DNA from: Bacteroidota bacterium
GTDB taxonomy: Bacteria > Bacteroidota > Ignavibacteria > UBA10030
Assembly: GCA_049522195.1 (NCBI GenBank)
Contig: JBEKOB010000005.1
Span: 13,150 to 77,149 of the forward strand
Direction of reading: 5' to 3'
DNA length: 64,000 nt
Made by a program: the position numbers and the translations under genes. Under the pieces are notes generated by a model that saw nothing but the letters and a program-made list of their open reading frames with translations, was not told where the DNA came from and did not search any database. Shown piece after piece: positions 1-9,165 of this stretch; position 1 is the stretch's first letter; every line of letters begins with the position of its first letter.

Positions 1-93
1 CATGTAGACTCTTGCAGTGATCGTGAGCTTCGACCTATGTCTGCAGGCACTCAAGAAGGGGCTTCTGTCTGACATCTGTGAAAAGGTACGTGA

Positions 94-339
94 ATGCGCA
101 TCATCGAACAGCATAAAATGATCCAGGAGCTGAAGGATTACGTGTCGAAAATGTCAAAGGCAGACAGTTACGATTTTGAGATGTTCCAGAAGCGAGACAA
201 GGACGATGAGGAACTGGATGCGATCTCGGTCGCGAAACTTGAAGCTATGCATAAACACTATTTAGTCAGGAAAACAAAACAGGACATCGACGCTCTTTTC
301 AGGAAATTCACATCGGGGGGCGGTGAGAATAAGGAGTAA
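94..339 (+). CDS. hypothetical small protein (81 aa, highly charged)
   Basis: ATG ORF that ends 4 nt before the start of the downstream aldo/keto reductase. No family recognised. Confidence 0.4.
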   Translation: MRIIEQHKMIQELKDYVSKMSKADSYDFEMFQKRDKDDEELDAISVAKLEAMHKHYLVRKTKQDIDALFRKFTSGGGENKE

Positions 340-342
340 CAA

Positions 343-1311
343 ATGAAATACAGACCATTTGGAAAGACTGGCATCAACGTCTCGGAAATTGGGTATGGAG
401 CGTGGGGCATTGGCGGAGCAATGTGGCAAGGAGCGACCGATGAGGAATCCATGCGGGCACTCCATAAGGCTATCGATATGGGCGTAAATTTCGTCGACAC
501 GGCGCTTGTGTACGGGGATGGACACAGCGAGGGACTTGTTGGACGACTTGTTAGAGAGCGGAAGGAGAGAATCTACGTTGCCACCAAGGTGCCTCCAAAA
601 AACGGACAATGGCCGGCGAGGAAGGGAGTCGACTTGAATGAGACGTTCCCTCATGACTATATCATAAAGAAGACTGAGCAGAGTCTGAAGAATCTCAATC
701 TGGATTTTGTCGATATCCTGCAATTTCATGTCTGGGATGATGAATGGACTGATCAGGCGGAGTGGTCTGACGCAATCAGCAAGCTGAAGGAGGAGGGGAA
801 GATCCGGCACTTCGGAGTCTCGATCAACGATCACCAACCAGAAAACGCGCTCAAACTCGCTGCATCGGGCAAGGTCGACACTTTCCAGGTTATCTATAAC
901 ATCTTCGATCAGTCTCCTGAGGATAAGCTCTTTCCTCTCTGTAAGGAGAAGAACATCGGGGTCATCGTCAGGGTCCCACTTGACGAGGGGGGGCTGGGGG
1001 GGTCCATCACTGCAGACACGGTCTTTCCCGACGGGGATTTCCGCAACAACTATTTCAAGGGCGACCGGAAAAAGCAGATTGTGGATCGTGTGTCGAAGCT
1101 GATGCAGATCTCAGGTACTGAGGCACAGAGCATCGCAGAGTTGGCCTTGAGGTTTGTACTGAGTCATCCTGCAGTTTCGACGGTTATCCCAGGCATGCGG
1201 TCGACGAAAAACGTCGACGCGAATTGCGGCCTCTCCGACGGAAAGCTTTTGAGCGTAAAACTCCTTTCCGAGCTCAAAAAGCATCGTTGGGTACGAGATT
1301 TCTATCACTAG
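343..1311 (+). CDS. aldo/keto reductase family oxidoreductase
   Basis: N-terminus MKYRPFGKTGINVSEIGYGAWGIGG and FVDTALVYGDGHSE are typical AKR signatures. Length is 322 aa. Confidence 0.85.
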   Translation: MKYRPFGKTGINVSEIGYGAWGIGGAMWQGATDEESMRALHKAIDMGVNFVDTALVYGDGHSEGLVGRLVRERKERIYVATKVPPKNGQWPARKGVDLNETFPHDYIIKKTEQSLKNLNLDFVDILQFHVWDDEWTDQAEWSDAISKLKEEGKIRHFGVSINDHQPENALKLAASGKVDTFQVIYNIFDQSPEDKLFPLCKEKNIGVIVRVPLDEGGLGGSITADTVFPDGDFRNNYFKGDRKKQIVDRVSKLMQISGTEAQSIAELALRFVLSHPAVSTVIPGMRSTKNVDANCGLSDGKLLSVKLLSELKKHRWVRDFYH

Positions 1312-1389
1312 CACAGGTTTCGCACCCGCTCTCGTCTACGAATTGGACTCAAATGATGTCGAATTCTATTTGCGATCTCACAGAAGTCC

Positions 1390-1418
1390 TTGATTTTGCG
1401 ACGAATTTTGTGTATTAT
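1390..1418 (+). promoter_or_regulatory. sigma70-type promoter for tRNA-Val (TTGATT-17 nt-TATTAT)
   Basis: Hexamers read directly with an exact 17-nt spacer, about 40 nt upstream of the tRNA 5' end. Confidence 0.5.
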
Positions 1419-1460
1419 TTTCAAGTTTGCTGTGGATGCGGGCCTAAGAATAGGTTATTG

Positions 1461-1535
<75 letters not shown>

Positions 1536-1537
1536 AC

Positions 1538-1831
1538 ATGTTCTTTGTATACATTCTCCAGAGCACTCAGTTCAGTATTTTCTACATCGGTCATACTGAC
1601 GACTTGGCTCGGCGCTTTCAAGAGCATAAAGCAGGGCGTTCAAATTTCACTGTCTCGAGAGGTCCATGGGAGTTGGTCTACGTTGAGACGTTTCCAGCTC
1701 GCGCGGAAGCGATGAAACGAGAAAGGGAAATCAAGAGACGCAAGAGCAGGCGTTATATTGAAAGGCTCTTGGAATTGAATAACGGTGCCTGGAAGAAGCT
1801 TGTGGACATTAAGGACCTTGAGGTTGGTTAG
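1538..1831 (+). CDS. GIY-YIG nuclease family protein (catalytic domain only, 97 aa)
   Basis: Motifs FVYILQS...FYIGHTDDLARRFQEH...WELVY...AMKREREIKRRK match the GIY-YIG (URI/COG2827-type) pattern. The ATG lies 4 nt after the tRNA-Val 3' end. Confidence 0.85.
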   Translation: MFFVYILQSTQFSIFYIGHTDDLARRFQEHKAGRSNFTVSRGPWELVYVETFPARAEAMKREREIKRRKSRRYIERLLELNNGAWKKLVDIKDLEVG

Positions 1832-1864
1832 ACCTTCCCGTCACGTCCTTGACGTGAGGGGAAA

Positions 1865-1893
1865 GTCATAGGTTCGAGTCCTATAGAGCCCAC
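1865..1893 (+). repeat. direct repeat copy 2 (orphan tRNA-Val T-arm and acceptor 3' strand)
   Basis: Identical 29-mer. Upstream patches gttggttaga (1823..1832) and ccttgac (1847..1853) are colinear with the D-loop and anticodon loop of the intact tRNA. No 5' acceptor strand is present. Confidence 0.85.
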
Positions 1894-1894
1894 G

Positions 1895-1932
1895 AATAAT
1901 TATCAATTGACAATTGTGAATTGGCAATTATT
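1895..1932. repeat. 38-nt AT-rich near-palindrome built from CAATTG-like heptads
   Basis: aataattatcaattg-acaattgt-gaattggcaattatt. The central 8-mer is a perfect palindrome and the arms match 12 of 15. Confidence 0.7.
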
Positions 1933-1998
1933 ACCGATTGTTCTGTTAGAGGCCACGGAATTTCCTAGAATGATCTAACAAACGAAACGAAAGCTGCC

Positions 1999-2026
1999 AA
2001 TCGGAGAAACTCTCCGATTTTTTTTA
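1999..2026 (+). terminator. intrinsic terminator-like hairpin plus T-tract immediately upstream of thrS
   Basis: aatcggaga/tctccgatt is a 9-bp stem with loop aac, followed by a T8 run that ends 12 nt before the thrS ATG. Confidence 0.7.
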
Positions 2027-2037
2027 CCTTATCGACG

Positions 2038-3978
2038 ATGTCGCAGATTACGATAACATTTCCCGACGGAAGCACGAAGCAGTTCGACCAGGGTGTTACA
2101 GGTCGTCAGATCGCCGAAGGGATCAGCAAAGGACTTGCGCGCGAAGCGCTGGCTGTCGAAGTCAATGGAGAGGTCTGGGATCTCAACCGGAAGATCCCTA
2201 CCGATGCTTCATTGAAGATCCTCAAGTGGAATGATGACGGCGGCAAGTACGCGTTCTGGCACAGCTCTGCTCATTTGATGGCTGCCGCTATTGAATCCCT
2301 GTTTCCAGGGACAAAATTCGGTATCGGTCCTCCAATCGAGACCGGCTTCTACTACGATCTTGATATCGCAGATCATGCCCTGACCAGTGAAGATCTTCAG
2401 AAGATCGAAGAGAAGATGTATCAGCTCGCTGCGAAGGACGATCCGTATGTGCGTGAAGAAAGAAAGTGGGAAGATGCTGTTACCTACTTCAAGGAGAAGA
2501 AGGATCCCTACAAGATCGAACTTCTCGATGAGTTGAAGGGGCAGACAATTACCTTTTATCATTCAGGCGATTTCACTGACCTGTGTTATGGTCCTCATCT
2601 CCCATCGACCGGCCGTATCAAGGCAATCAAGCTGTTGAGCGTTGCTGGCGCCTACTGGAGGGGGAGTGAGAAGAACAAGATGCTCCAGCGCATTTATGGA
2701 GTCACGTTCCCGACCAAGCAGGAGCTGGATCAGCACCTGTACCGCCTCGAGGAGGCGAAGCGCCGTGATCATCGGAAACTTGGCCAGGAACTTGAACTGT
2801 TTCTCTTGACGCCGAAGGTCGGAGGTGGTCTCCCGCTCTGGCTTCCGAAAGGGACCGTGATCCGCGAGGAGCTTGAGGGCTTCATGCGCATCGAGCAGCG
2901 GAAGCGTGGATATCTGCCAGTTGTGACGCCGCATATTGGCAACATAAATCTGTACAAAACAAGCGGGCACTATCCGTACTACAAGGACAGTCAGTTCCCG
3001 CCCATCAAGGTGGAAGAGGAAGAATATCTTCTGAAGCCGATGAACTGTCCGCATCACTTCCAGATCTATGCTGCAAAACCACGTAGTTATCGCGATCTGC
3101 CTGTGCGGCTCGCGGAATTTGGCACTTGTTATAGGTACGAACAGTCCGGCGAGTTGAATGGACTGATCCGCGTAAGGTGTTTTACTCAGGACGATTCTCA
3201 CATCTTCCTGCGTCAGGACCAGTTGAAGGCTGAAGTCATCTCCGTCATCGAGTTGATCCAGCTCGTGTTCACGACGCTCGGGTTCAGTGATTTCAAGACC
3301 CGGTTGTCGTTCCGGGATCCGAAGAACAAAGAAAAGTACGGCGGGGAAGACTCGCTGTGGATCCAGGCCGAGAAAGATATCAAGGAAGCAGCCGACGAAG
3401 CGAAACTCGACTATTACATCGGTATCGGTGAAGCGGCGTTCTACGGACCGAAGATCGATTTCATGGTGAAGGACGTCCTTGGGCGAACATGGCAACTGGG
3501 CACAGTTCAGGTCGACTATGTCATGCCCGAGCGATTTAATCTCGAATACACCGGAGCGGACAGTCAAAAGCATCGGCCGGTGGTTGTGCATCGTGCGCCG
3601 TTTGGTTCGCTCGAACGGTTTATCGGTGTTCTGATAGAGCACTTTGCCGGAGAATTTCCTCTCTGGCTGGCTCCCGTTCAGGCCATCGTACTTCCGATTA
3701 CGGATCACTATCTCGACTATGCAAAGCAGATCTTCGAGCAGTTCAAGGGCGCCGGTGTTCGTGTTGAGATCGACGACCGGAACGAGAAGATAGGGTATAA
3801 GATTCGTGATTGTGAACTAAAGAAGATTCCCTTCATGATTATCGTCGGAGAGAAAGAAAAGGCAGGTAACACGATTTCGGTACGCCAGCATAAGAAAGGG
3901 GATCTTGGGACGATGGAACGCTCTGCGTTTCTCGCCAAGATTCTTGACGCTATTCAACGCAAACTACTCACGGTATAG
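2038..3978 (+). CDS. thrS: threonine--tRNA ligase
   Basis: 646 aa with a TGS-like N-terminus, class II aaRS motifs (FRDPKN..., HRAPFGSLERFIG) and an anticodon-binding C-terminus. Confidence 0.95.
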   Translation: MSQITITFPDGSTKQFDQGVTGRQIAEGISKGLAREALAVEVNGEVWDLNRKIPTDASLKILKWNDDGGKYAFWHSSAHLMAAAIESLFPGTKFGIGPPIETGFYYDLDIADHALTSEDLQKIEEKMYQLAAKDDPYVREERKWEDAVTYFKEKKDPYKIELLDELKGQTITFYHSGDFTDLCYGPHLPSTGRIKAIKLLSVAGAYWRGSEKNKMLQRIYGVTFPTKQELDQHLYRLEEAKRRDHRKLGQELELFLLTPKVGGGLPLWLPKGTVIREELEGFMRIEQRKRGYLPVVTPHIGNINLYKTSGHYPYYKDSQFPPIKVEEEEYLLKPMNCPHHFQIYAAKPRSYRDLPVRLAEFGTCYRYEQSGELNGLIRVRCFTQDDSHIFLRQDQLKAEVISVIELIQLVFTTLGFSDFKTRLSFRDPKNKEKYGGEDSLWIQAEKDIKEAADEAKLDYYIGIGEAAFYGPKIDFMVKDVLGRTWQLGTVQVDYVMPERFNLEYTGADSQKHRPVVVHRAPFGSLERFIGVLIEHFAGEFPLWLAPVQAIVLPITDHYLDYAKQIFEQFKGAGVRVEIDDRNEKIGYKIRDCELKKIPFMIIVGEKEKAGNTISVRQHKKGDLGTMERSAFLAKILDAIQRKLLTV

Positions 3979-3989
3979 GAGGCTCACCC

Positions 3990-4547
3990 ATTAAGCAAGA
4001 GCGCGCACGTATCAATACGGAAATCAGGGCAGCCCAGGTCCGGGTTATCGACGACGAGGGGACACAGCTGGGTGTTCTGACGGTGAAGGATGCCCTCGCT
4101 GCGGCGGCGGCGAAGACACTTGATCTCATTGAAATTGTCCCGACAGCGGACCCGCCAGTGTGCAAGATCATGGATTTCGGGAAGTACAAGTATGAGCTTG
4201 CCAAGAAGGATAAGCTGCAGAAGAAACACCAGCACGTAACTCTGGTCAAGGAAATCCGTTTCCATCCGAATACCGATACACACGATTTTGATTTCAAGGT
4301 TCGTCATGCGCGGGGATTTATCGAAGAGGGGCACAAAGTAAAGGCGACAGTCGTATTTAAAGGGCGTGAGATTACCTACCAGGACCAGGGGAGAGCGATG
4401 CTCGACCGGTTTACGGAACAGCTGGAGGATATCGCTAAGATCGACGCTCCCGCAAAAATGGAAGGCCGGCAGATGATTGCGTACTACGTGGCCGACAAGT
4501 CAAAGAAGAAGGTCGAAGGAAGTAAACAAACAACGGAATCAACATAA
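3990..4547 (+). CDS. infC: translation initiation factor IF-3, with ATT start codon
   Basis: The ORF track starts at GTG 4083. In-frame ATT at 3990, with AGGAGG 7 nt upstream, restores the conserved N-terminus [28 protein letters not shown]. Confidence 0.85.
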   Translation: MKQERARINTEIRAAQVRVIDDEGTQLGVLTVKDALAAAAAKTLDLIEIVPTADPPVCKIMDFGKYKYELAKKDKLQKKHQHVTLVKEIRFHPNTDTHDFDFKVRHARGFIEEGHKVKATVVFKGREITYQDQGRAMLDRFTEQLEDIAKIDAPAKMEGRQMIAYYVADKSKKKVEGSKQTTEST

Positions 4548-4558
4548 CGGAGTATAGT

Positions 4559-4753
4559 ATGCCAAAGATGAAGAGTCGCCGGCGTGCCCTGAAGTCGTAC
4601 AAGATGACGGCGAATGGGAAGATCAAACGGCGGAAAGCATTTCGGAGCCATATCTTGACATCGAAATCAACCAAACGAAAGCGCCATCTTCGCAAGCCAG
4701 GTCTTGTGTCTGAGACCGAAGCGTACAAGGTGCGACGGTTTTTGCTAGCATAA
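4559..4753 (+). CDS. rpmI: 50S ribosomal protein L35
   Basis: [33 protein letters not shown], within the infC-rpmI-rplT synteny. Confidence 0.95.
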   Translation: MPKMKSRRRALKSYKMTANGKIKRRKAFRSHILTSKSTKRKRHLRKPGLVSETEAYKVRRFLLA

Positions 4754-4772
4754 TTCAGAAGGAGAAAGTTTC

Positions 4773-5120
4773 ATGCCGCGTTCACAGAACAAAGTCGCAT
4801 CCCATAGACGCAGGAAGAAAATCCTGCAGAAAGCCAAGGGCTACTGGGGTGGTCGAAGTAAAGTCTACACCATCGCGAAGGGGCATGTCGAGAAAGCTCT
4901 CACACACGCCTATCGCCACCGCAAAACGAAGAAGCGCGAATACCGGGGCCTCTGGGTCGCTCGTATTAACGCTGCTGCACGCCTCAATGGCACAACGTAT
5001 TCCAAGTTGATTGCCGGCCTGGACAAGAAGTCCGTGGCCATCAACCGGAAGGTCCTGGCCGATCTGGCAGTGAACCATCCGCTGGCGTTCGCAGAAGTTG
5101 TGAAGTTTGTAACAGCATAA
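4773..5120 (+). CDS. rplT: 50S ribosomal protein L20
   Basis: MPRSQNKVASHRRRKKILQKAKGYWG... is the canonical L20 sequence. Confidence 0.95.
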   Translation: MPRSQNKVASHRRRKKILQKAKGYWGGRSKVYTIAKGHVEKALTHAYRHRKTKKREYRGLWVARINAAARLNGTTYSKLIAGLDKKSVAINRKVLADLAVNHPLAFAEVVKFVTA

Positions 5121-5148
5121 GTTCGGTCTTCTTGTCAACCGTTGTACG

Positions 5149-5178
5149 GTCCCGACTCTTCTTCTGAAGAGCCGGGAC
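5149..5178 (+). promoter_or_regulatory. 13-bp hairpin in the rplT-pheS spacer (function unknown)
   Basis: gtcccgactcttc-ttct-gaagagccgggac, with one mismatch. No adjacent T-tract. Confidence 0.35.
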
Positions 5179-5250
5179 AGGTTGGTAAGAAGATTTTTGC
5201 TTTTCGGGTCCCCATGAAGTCATTCGTGCCTATTTGGTGAGCGAACGAGT

Positions 5251-6261
5251 ATGACAGAGAAAATCAACGAAGTCCGAACGGCCTTTGAAGCAGAACTCGC
5301 AAAGGCAGCAAGCGAACCCGAGTTGGACCAGGTGCGCGTGAAGTTCCTCTCGCGTAATGGTGCAATTGCCCAGCTCTTCGATGAAATGAAGTCTGCTCCT
5401 CCGGCTGAGAAGCCTTCCCTTGGCAAAGCGCTGAACATGCTGAAGGGATCGGCACAGTCTGCATTCGATGAGAAGAAGAAATCGCTGAGCCAGCCATCGG
5501 GAAGCGAGAAGAGTGTCATCGATCTGACGCTCCCAGGTCGCCCGAAGCCCGTCGGGACGAAACACCCGCTGACCCAGACGATGGATGAGATTAAGAAGAT
5601 CTTTCTGAGCATGGGCTTCTCCGTAGCCACAGGGCCGGAGATTGAAACGGACTACTATAATTTCGGAGCGTTGAATTTTGCTCCCGACCATCCGGCGCGT
5701 GATATGCAGGATACATTCTTCATTTCGAAGGAAGTGCTTCTCCGCACGCATACGTCGCCTGTCCAAATCCGGACAATGGAGAAACAGGACCCTCCTGTAA
5801 GGGAGATCATGCCGGGCAGGGTATACCGGAATGAAGCGGTCAGCGCAAGAAGCCTGGTGACCTTCCATCAAATAGAAGGACTCTACGTCGACAAAGGGGT
5901 CACCTTCAGTGATTTGAAGGGGACATTGGTGGCGTTTGCGCATCAGTTCTATGGGAGCGATGTGAAGTTCAAGTTCCGGCCGACGTTCTTTCCGTTCACG
6001 GAGCCAAGCGCAGACATGTACATTTCGTGTTTCCTGTGCAAAGGCAAGGGGTGCAGGATGTGCAAGTTCGTGGGTTGGCTGGAGTGTCTCGGATCAGGAA
6101 TGGTCCATCCACACGTCCTGAAAAATGTCGGATACGACGCTGAGAAATACACCGGCTTCGCCTTCGGAATGGGTATCGAGCGAATTGCCTGCCTGCGGTA
6201 CGGAGTGGATGACCTCAGGCTCTTCTACGAAAACGATGTCCGTTTCTTACAACAGTTCTAG
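5251..6261 (+). CDS. pheS: phenylalanine--tRNA ligase alpha subunit
   Basis: 336 aa. HPARDMQDTFF, RTHTSPVQIR and FPFTEPSAD motifs. Confidence 0.95.
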   Translation: MTEKINEVRTAFEAELAKAASEPELDQVRVKFLSRNGAIAQLFDEMKSAPPAEKPSLGKALNMLKGSAQSAFDEKKKSLSQPSGSEKSVIDLTLPGRPKPVGTKHPLTQTMDEIKKIFLSMGFSVATGPEIETDYYNFGALNFAPDHPARDMQDTFFISKEVLLRTHTSPVQIRTMEKQDPPVREIMPGRVYRNEAVSARSLVTFHQIEGLYVDKGVTFSDLKGTLVAFAHQFYGSDVKFKFRPTFFPFTEPSADMYISCFLCKGKGCRMCKFVGWLECLGSGMVHPHVLKNVGYDAEKYTGFAFGMGIERIACLRYGVDDLRLFYENDVRFLQQF

Positions 6262-6273
6262 TCACGGCGCCTT

Positions 6274-8697
6274 ATGAAGATATCACACAATTGGTTGAAG
6301 GAATACATCGACCTTCGGTTGAAACCCGCCGATGTCGCAGAAAACCTCTCGATGGTTGGACTTGAAGTCGCTGGATATGAAGATCTGGCTGCCAAGTTTG
6401 ACAAGTTTGTTGTCGGTGAGGTATTGGAACGGGCAAAACACCCTAATGCAGATCGATTGTCTCTCTGCAAGGTCAACGTGGGCCGTGACGTGCTTGCCGT
6501 CGTATGCGGGGCGCCAAATGTCGCTGCAGGACAGAAAGTTGCAGTAGGATTGGTTGGAGCAGTCGTCCCCCGCAATCAACACGATCCCGAAGGGAAACCA
6601 TTCGCGTTGGAGCGCGTGCACATCCGGGGTGTCGAATCGAACGGTATGATCTGTTCCGAGTTCGAGCTGGGATTGGGCGAAGACGCAAATGGAATTCTTG
6701 TGCTGGAGAAGACCGCCAAGCCAGGAACACCGCTTGCGAAGTTCCTGGGACTGACCGATGTGATCTATGATATGGAGATCACAGCAAACCGGGGGGATTG
6801 GCTCAGCCACGTTGGCGTGGCGCGTGAACTTCAGATGCTCACGGGAAAAAAGGCGTCACTGAAAACAATAGTCATTAAGGAGAGCAAGGTTCCGTCCAAG
6901 AGCCACGCTTCAATCAAGATATTGGACAAACAGAAGTGCAGGCGGTATTCATCACGCGTGCTGAGAAATGTCAGGATTAAGCCCTCGCCACAATGGATGC
7001 AGGACCGCTTGTTGTCGATTGGACTTCGCCCGATCAACAACATTGTCGACATCACAAACTATGTGTTGATGGAAACCGGACAGCCTCTTCATGCATTCGA
7101 CTATGACACGCTTGCGGGACACTCAATTATTGTGAAGTGTGCGGAAGACGGACAAAAGTTCACGACGCTCGATGGAAAAGAGCGAATCCTGAAATCCGAT
7201 ACACTCATGATATGTGATGGGGATAAGCCAGTTGCGATTGCCGGCGTGATGGGGGGAGCGAACACAGAGATCAGCGAAGCGACGACGAACGTTCTGATCG
7301 AGAGTGCGAACTTCGACCCGGGCAGTATACGCCGGACTTCGAAGTACCTTGGGCTGTCCACCGATGCGTCGCAGCGATTCGAGCGCGGCGTTGATGTCGG
7401 AATGACGTTGTACGCGGCGAATAGGGCTGCTCAGCTGATACAGGAGTTCTCAGGTGCAGAAGTTCTCAGGGGAAGCATCGATGTCTATCCCAAAAAATCG
7501 CACCCCACGACTGTTTATCTGCGCTTCAATCGGACGAACGAGATTCTTGGGACGACGCTGTCGAAGCAGCAAATTGTGTCATACTTGAAGCGTCTGGACC
7601 TGAAGCCGGTTGGACAAGCAAAAGACGGTGTCAAGTTCCAGGTTCCAACATTCCGTTACGATATCGCGGAAGAAATCGATCTGATTGAGGAAGTTGCCCG
7701 CGCGTATGGATATGACAACATTGAAACGAAAACGCGCACGACTGTGGACTTTTCCAAGCCATTGCATACGACATTTGTGCAGGATGAGATCCGCAACTAT
7801 CTCATCGGAGCCGGGTTTGACGAGATTCTGACGTACAGTCTTCAAGATCGTACAAAAGGCCACCTGATGGCCGACCGGGCTGTCGAGGTGTTGAATCCGG
7901 TGAGCGCTGAGGCCTCAGTCCTCAGGACAAGTCTAGTCCCAGGTGGTCTGACGGTGGTGCAGCACAATCGCTCCCACGGCCAGAAAGACCTCCGTATGTT
8001 CGAAATTGGCAATGTTTTTGGCTTGCGGGGGGAGAAACCGGGTGAGACTCTGGATTCGTTCATCGAGGATGAACGATTGCTCATCGTCATGAGTGGCAGT
8101 GTCGTTTCTGCACAATATGGGTCCGAGCATCGCAGCACCGATCTTTTTGACCTGAAAGGGGAGGTGCAGGCGCTGCTTTCCAAGTTTTGCCTTGACAAAT
8201 ACAGGTTTATTTCTTATGATAGCGCAAGCGCTTTAATTGAAAGCGCTCTAGCGGTTGAAATCAATGGTAGTTATGCCGGATTTCTCGGAAAGGTTGGCAA
8301 GTCAATCGCACAAAGTTTTGATATTGACGACGCCATCTTTGTGTGTGAGCTGAAGGTTGCAGAGTTAGAAAGGGGTTGGGTTACCGAGAAAAAGCTCAAG
8401 CCGCTTCCACGGTTTCCGGGTGTGCGTCGTGACCTCGCTTTTGTTGTGAGTGCCGCCACGCAACATGAAACTGTGGTGTGGGCCATCAGGGAGGCTGGTG
8501 GAACCCTGCTCAGCAATCTGGTCCTGTTCGACTTGTATGTCGGAGATCAGGTTGGGGCTGGAAACAAAAGCTTAGCATACTCGCTGGAGTTCCAGCCATT
8601 GGACCGCACGTTGACCGATCATGAAATCGATGCCGAGGTTGCTCGGATCGTACAGCATGTTGAGGCAACGTGTAACGCGAAGTTGCGTGCGATGTAA
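6274..8697 (+). CDS. pheT: phenylalanine--tRNA ligase beta subunit
   Basis: 807 aa. MKISHNWLKEYIDL N-terminus, tRNA-binding, B3/4, B5 and FDX-ACB regions, and synteny with pheS. Confidence 0.95.
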   Translation: MKISHNWLKEYIDLRLKPADVAENLSMVGLEVAGYEDLAAKFDKFVVGEVLERAKHPNADRLSLCKVNVGRDVLAVVCGAPNVAAGQKVAVGLVGAVVPRNQHDPEGKPFALERVHIRGVESNGMICSEFELGLGEDANGILVLEKTAKPGTPLAKFLGLTDVIYDMEITANRGDWLSHVGVARELQMLTGKKASLKTIVIKESKVPSKSHASIKILDKQKCRRYSSRVLRNVRIKPSPQWMQDRLLSIGLRPINNIVDITNYVLMETGQPLHAFDYDTLAGHSIIVKCAEDGQKFTTLDGKERILKSDTLMICDGDKPVAIAGVMGGANTEISEATTNVLIESANFDPGSIRRTSKYLGLSTDASQRFERGVDVGMTLYAANRAAQLIQEFSGAEVLRGSIDVYPKKSHPTTVYLRFNRTNEILGTTLSKQQIVSYLKRLDLKPVGQAKDGVKFQVPTFRYDIAEEIDLIEEVARAYGYDNIETKTRTTVDFSKPLHTTFVQDEIRNYLIGAGFDEILTYSLQDRTKGHLMADRAVEVLNPVSAEASVLRTSLVPGGLTVVQHNRSHGQKDLRMFEIGNVFGLRGEKPGETLDSFIEDERLLIVMSGSVVSAQYGSEHRSTDLFDLKGEVQALLSKFCLDKYRFISYDSASALIESALAVEINGSYAGFLGKVGKSIAQSFDIDDAIFVCELKVAELERGWVTEKKLKPLPRFPGVRRDLAFVVSAATQHETVVWAIREAGGTLLSNLVLFDLYVGDQVGAGNKSLAYSLEFQPLDRTLTDHEIDAEVARIVQHVEATCNAKLRAM

Positions 8698-8724
8698 CGT
8701 GCGCCCTGTGTGTTTCAGTAAACC

Positions 8725-9081
8725 TTGAGGAGAGCAGCTTTGCCAGATCAGCAAATGGAAGCTGAAGTCATAAGTGGCAAAGACATGAAGACGATCGAGA
8801 CATCGCTCGAAGCCTTGTGGGATAAGGCGCGTCGGGTATCTGAAGTGCTCGTTCAACTCAAAGAGTCGAACAGTGTGCTCCAGAAAAAAGTGGAAGATCT
8901 CGAGGCGGTCGAGCAGAATCTGAAACAGGAACTGGCCTCGAAAGACCGGGAACTGGAACGCTTGCGTCAGGATGCACTTCGACTACAATCCAATGGATCG
9001 AACATCCTCACGAAGGAAGAAAAGGAGGCACTGAAAGCAAGGATCAAGGACCTCATTAGTAAGATCAATTCACACTTATAG
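8725..9081 (+). CDS. coiled-coil protein upstream of zapA (possible cell-division accessory, ZapB-like)
   Basis: Heptad-rich sequence (LKQELASKDRELERLRQDALRLQ). The start is uncertain: TTG 8725, ATG 8755 or ATG 8785. Confidence 0.5.
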   Translation: MRRAALPDQQMEAEVISGKDMKTIETSLEALWDKARRVSEVLVQLKESNSVLQKKVEDLEAVEQNLKQELASKDRELERLRQDALRLQSNGSNILTKEEKEALKARIKDLISKINSHL

Positions 9082-9165
9082 TCCTCGTGTTCTTGTTTTG
9101 ATCGTGGCCATGGCTAGATCTTGGGGGAATTCAATCGACATCAATGAACTGATGCGTGCGAGTCT

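Larger units (their letters stand above)
1536..1893 (+). mobile_element. possible 358-bp GIY-YIG insertion bounded by the duplicated tRNA 3' end
   Basis: A single ORF is flanked by the 29-nt perfect direct repeat. The interpretation is inferred. Confidence 0.3.

Noticed and set aside
1-72. A possible 3' end of an upstream gene (frame 1 open to TGA at 70..72).
   Set aside because: Only 23 codons are visible and no motif is present, so it cannot be supported.
1894-2037. A T-box riboswitch upstream of thrS.
   Set aside because: The leader is only about 140 nt. It lacks the conserved T-box sequence, a specifier-loop architecture and an obvious antiterminator alternative.
2563-3708. Long antisense ORFs opposite real genes. 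Examples: 2563..3708(-), 9705..10772(-), 14526..15605(-), 27710..28306(+), 29391..30083(+), 30344..31126(+), 43636..44367(-), 46511..47224(-) and 62207..62905(-).
   Set aside because: Each lies entirely inside a confidently identified gene on the other strand. Their composition is Arg/Ser/Pro-rich and low in complexity, and none has a recognisable family. They are shadow ORFs typical of this GC range.
5121-5250. A pheM-like attenuation leader between rplT and pheS (mini-ORF ATG 5214..5240, MKSFVPIW).
   Set aside because: The mini-ORF has a single Phe codon and no terminator or antiterminator pair that I can define. The 13-bp hairpin at 5149..5178 lacks a T-tract. Only the hairpin is recorded as a feature.
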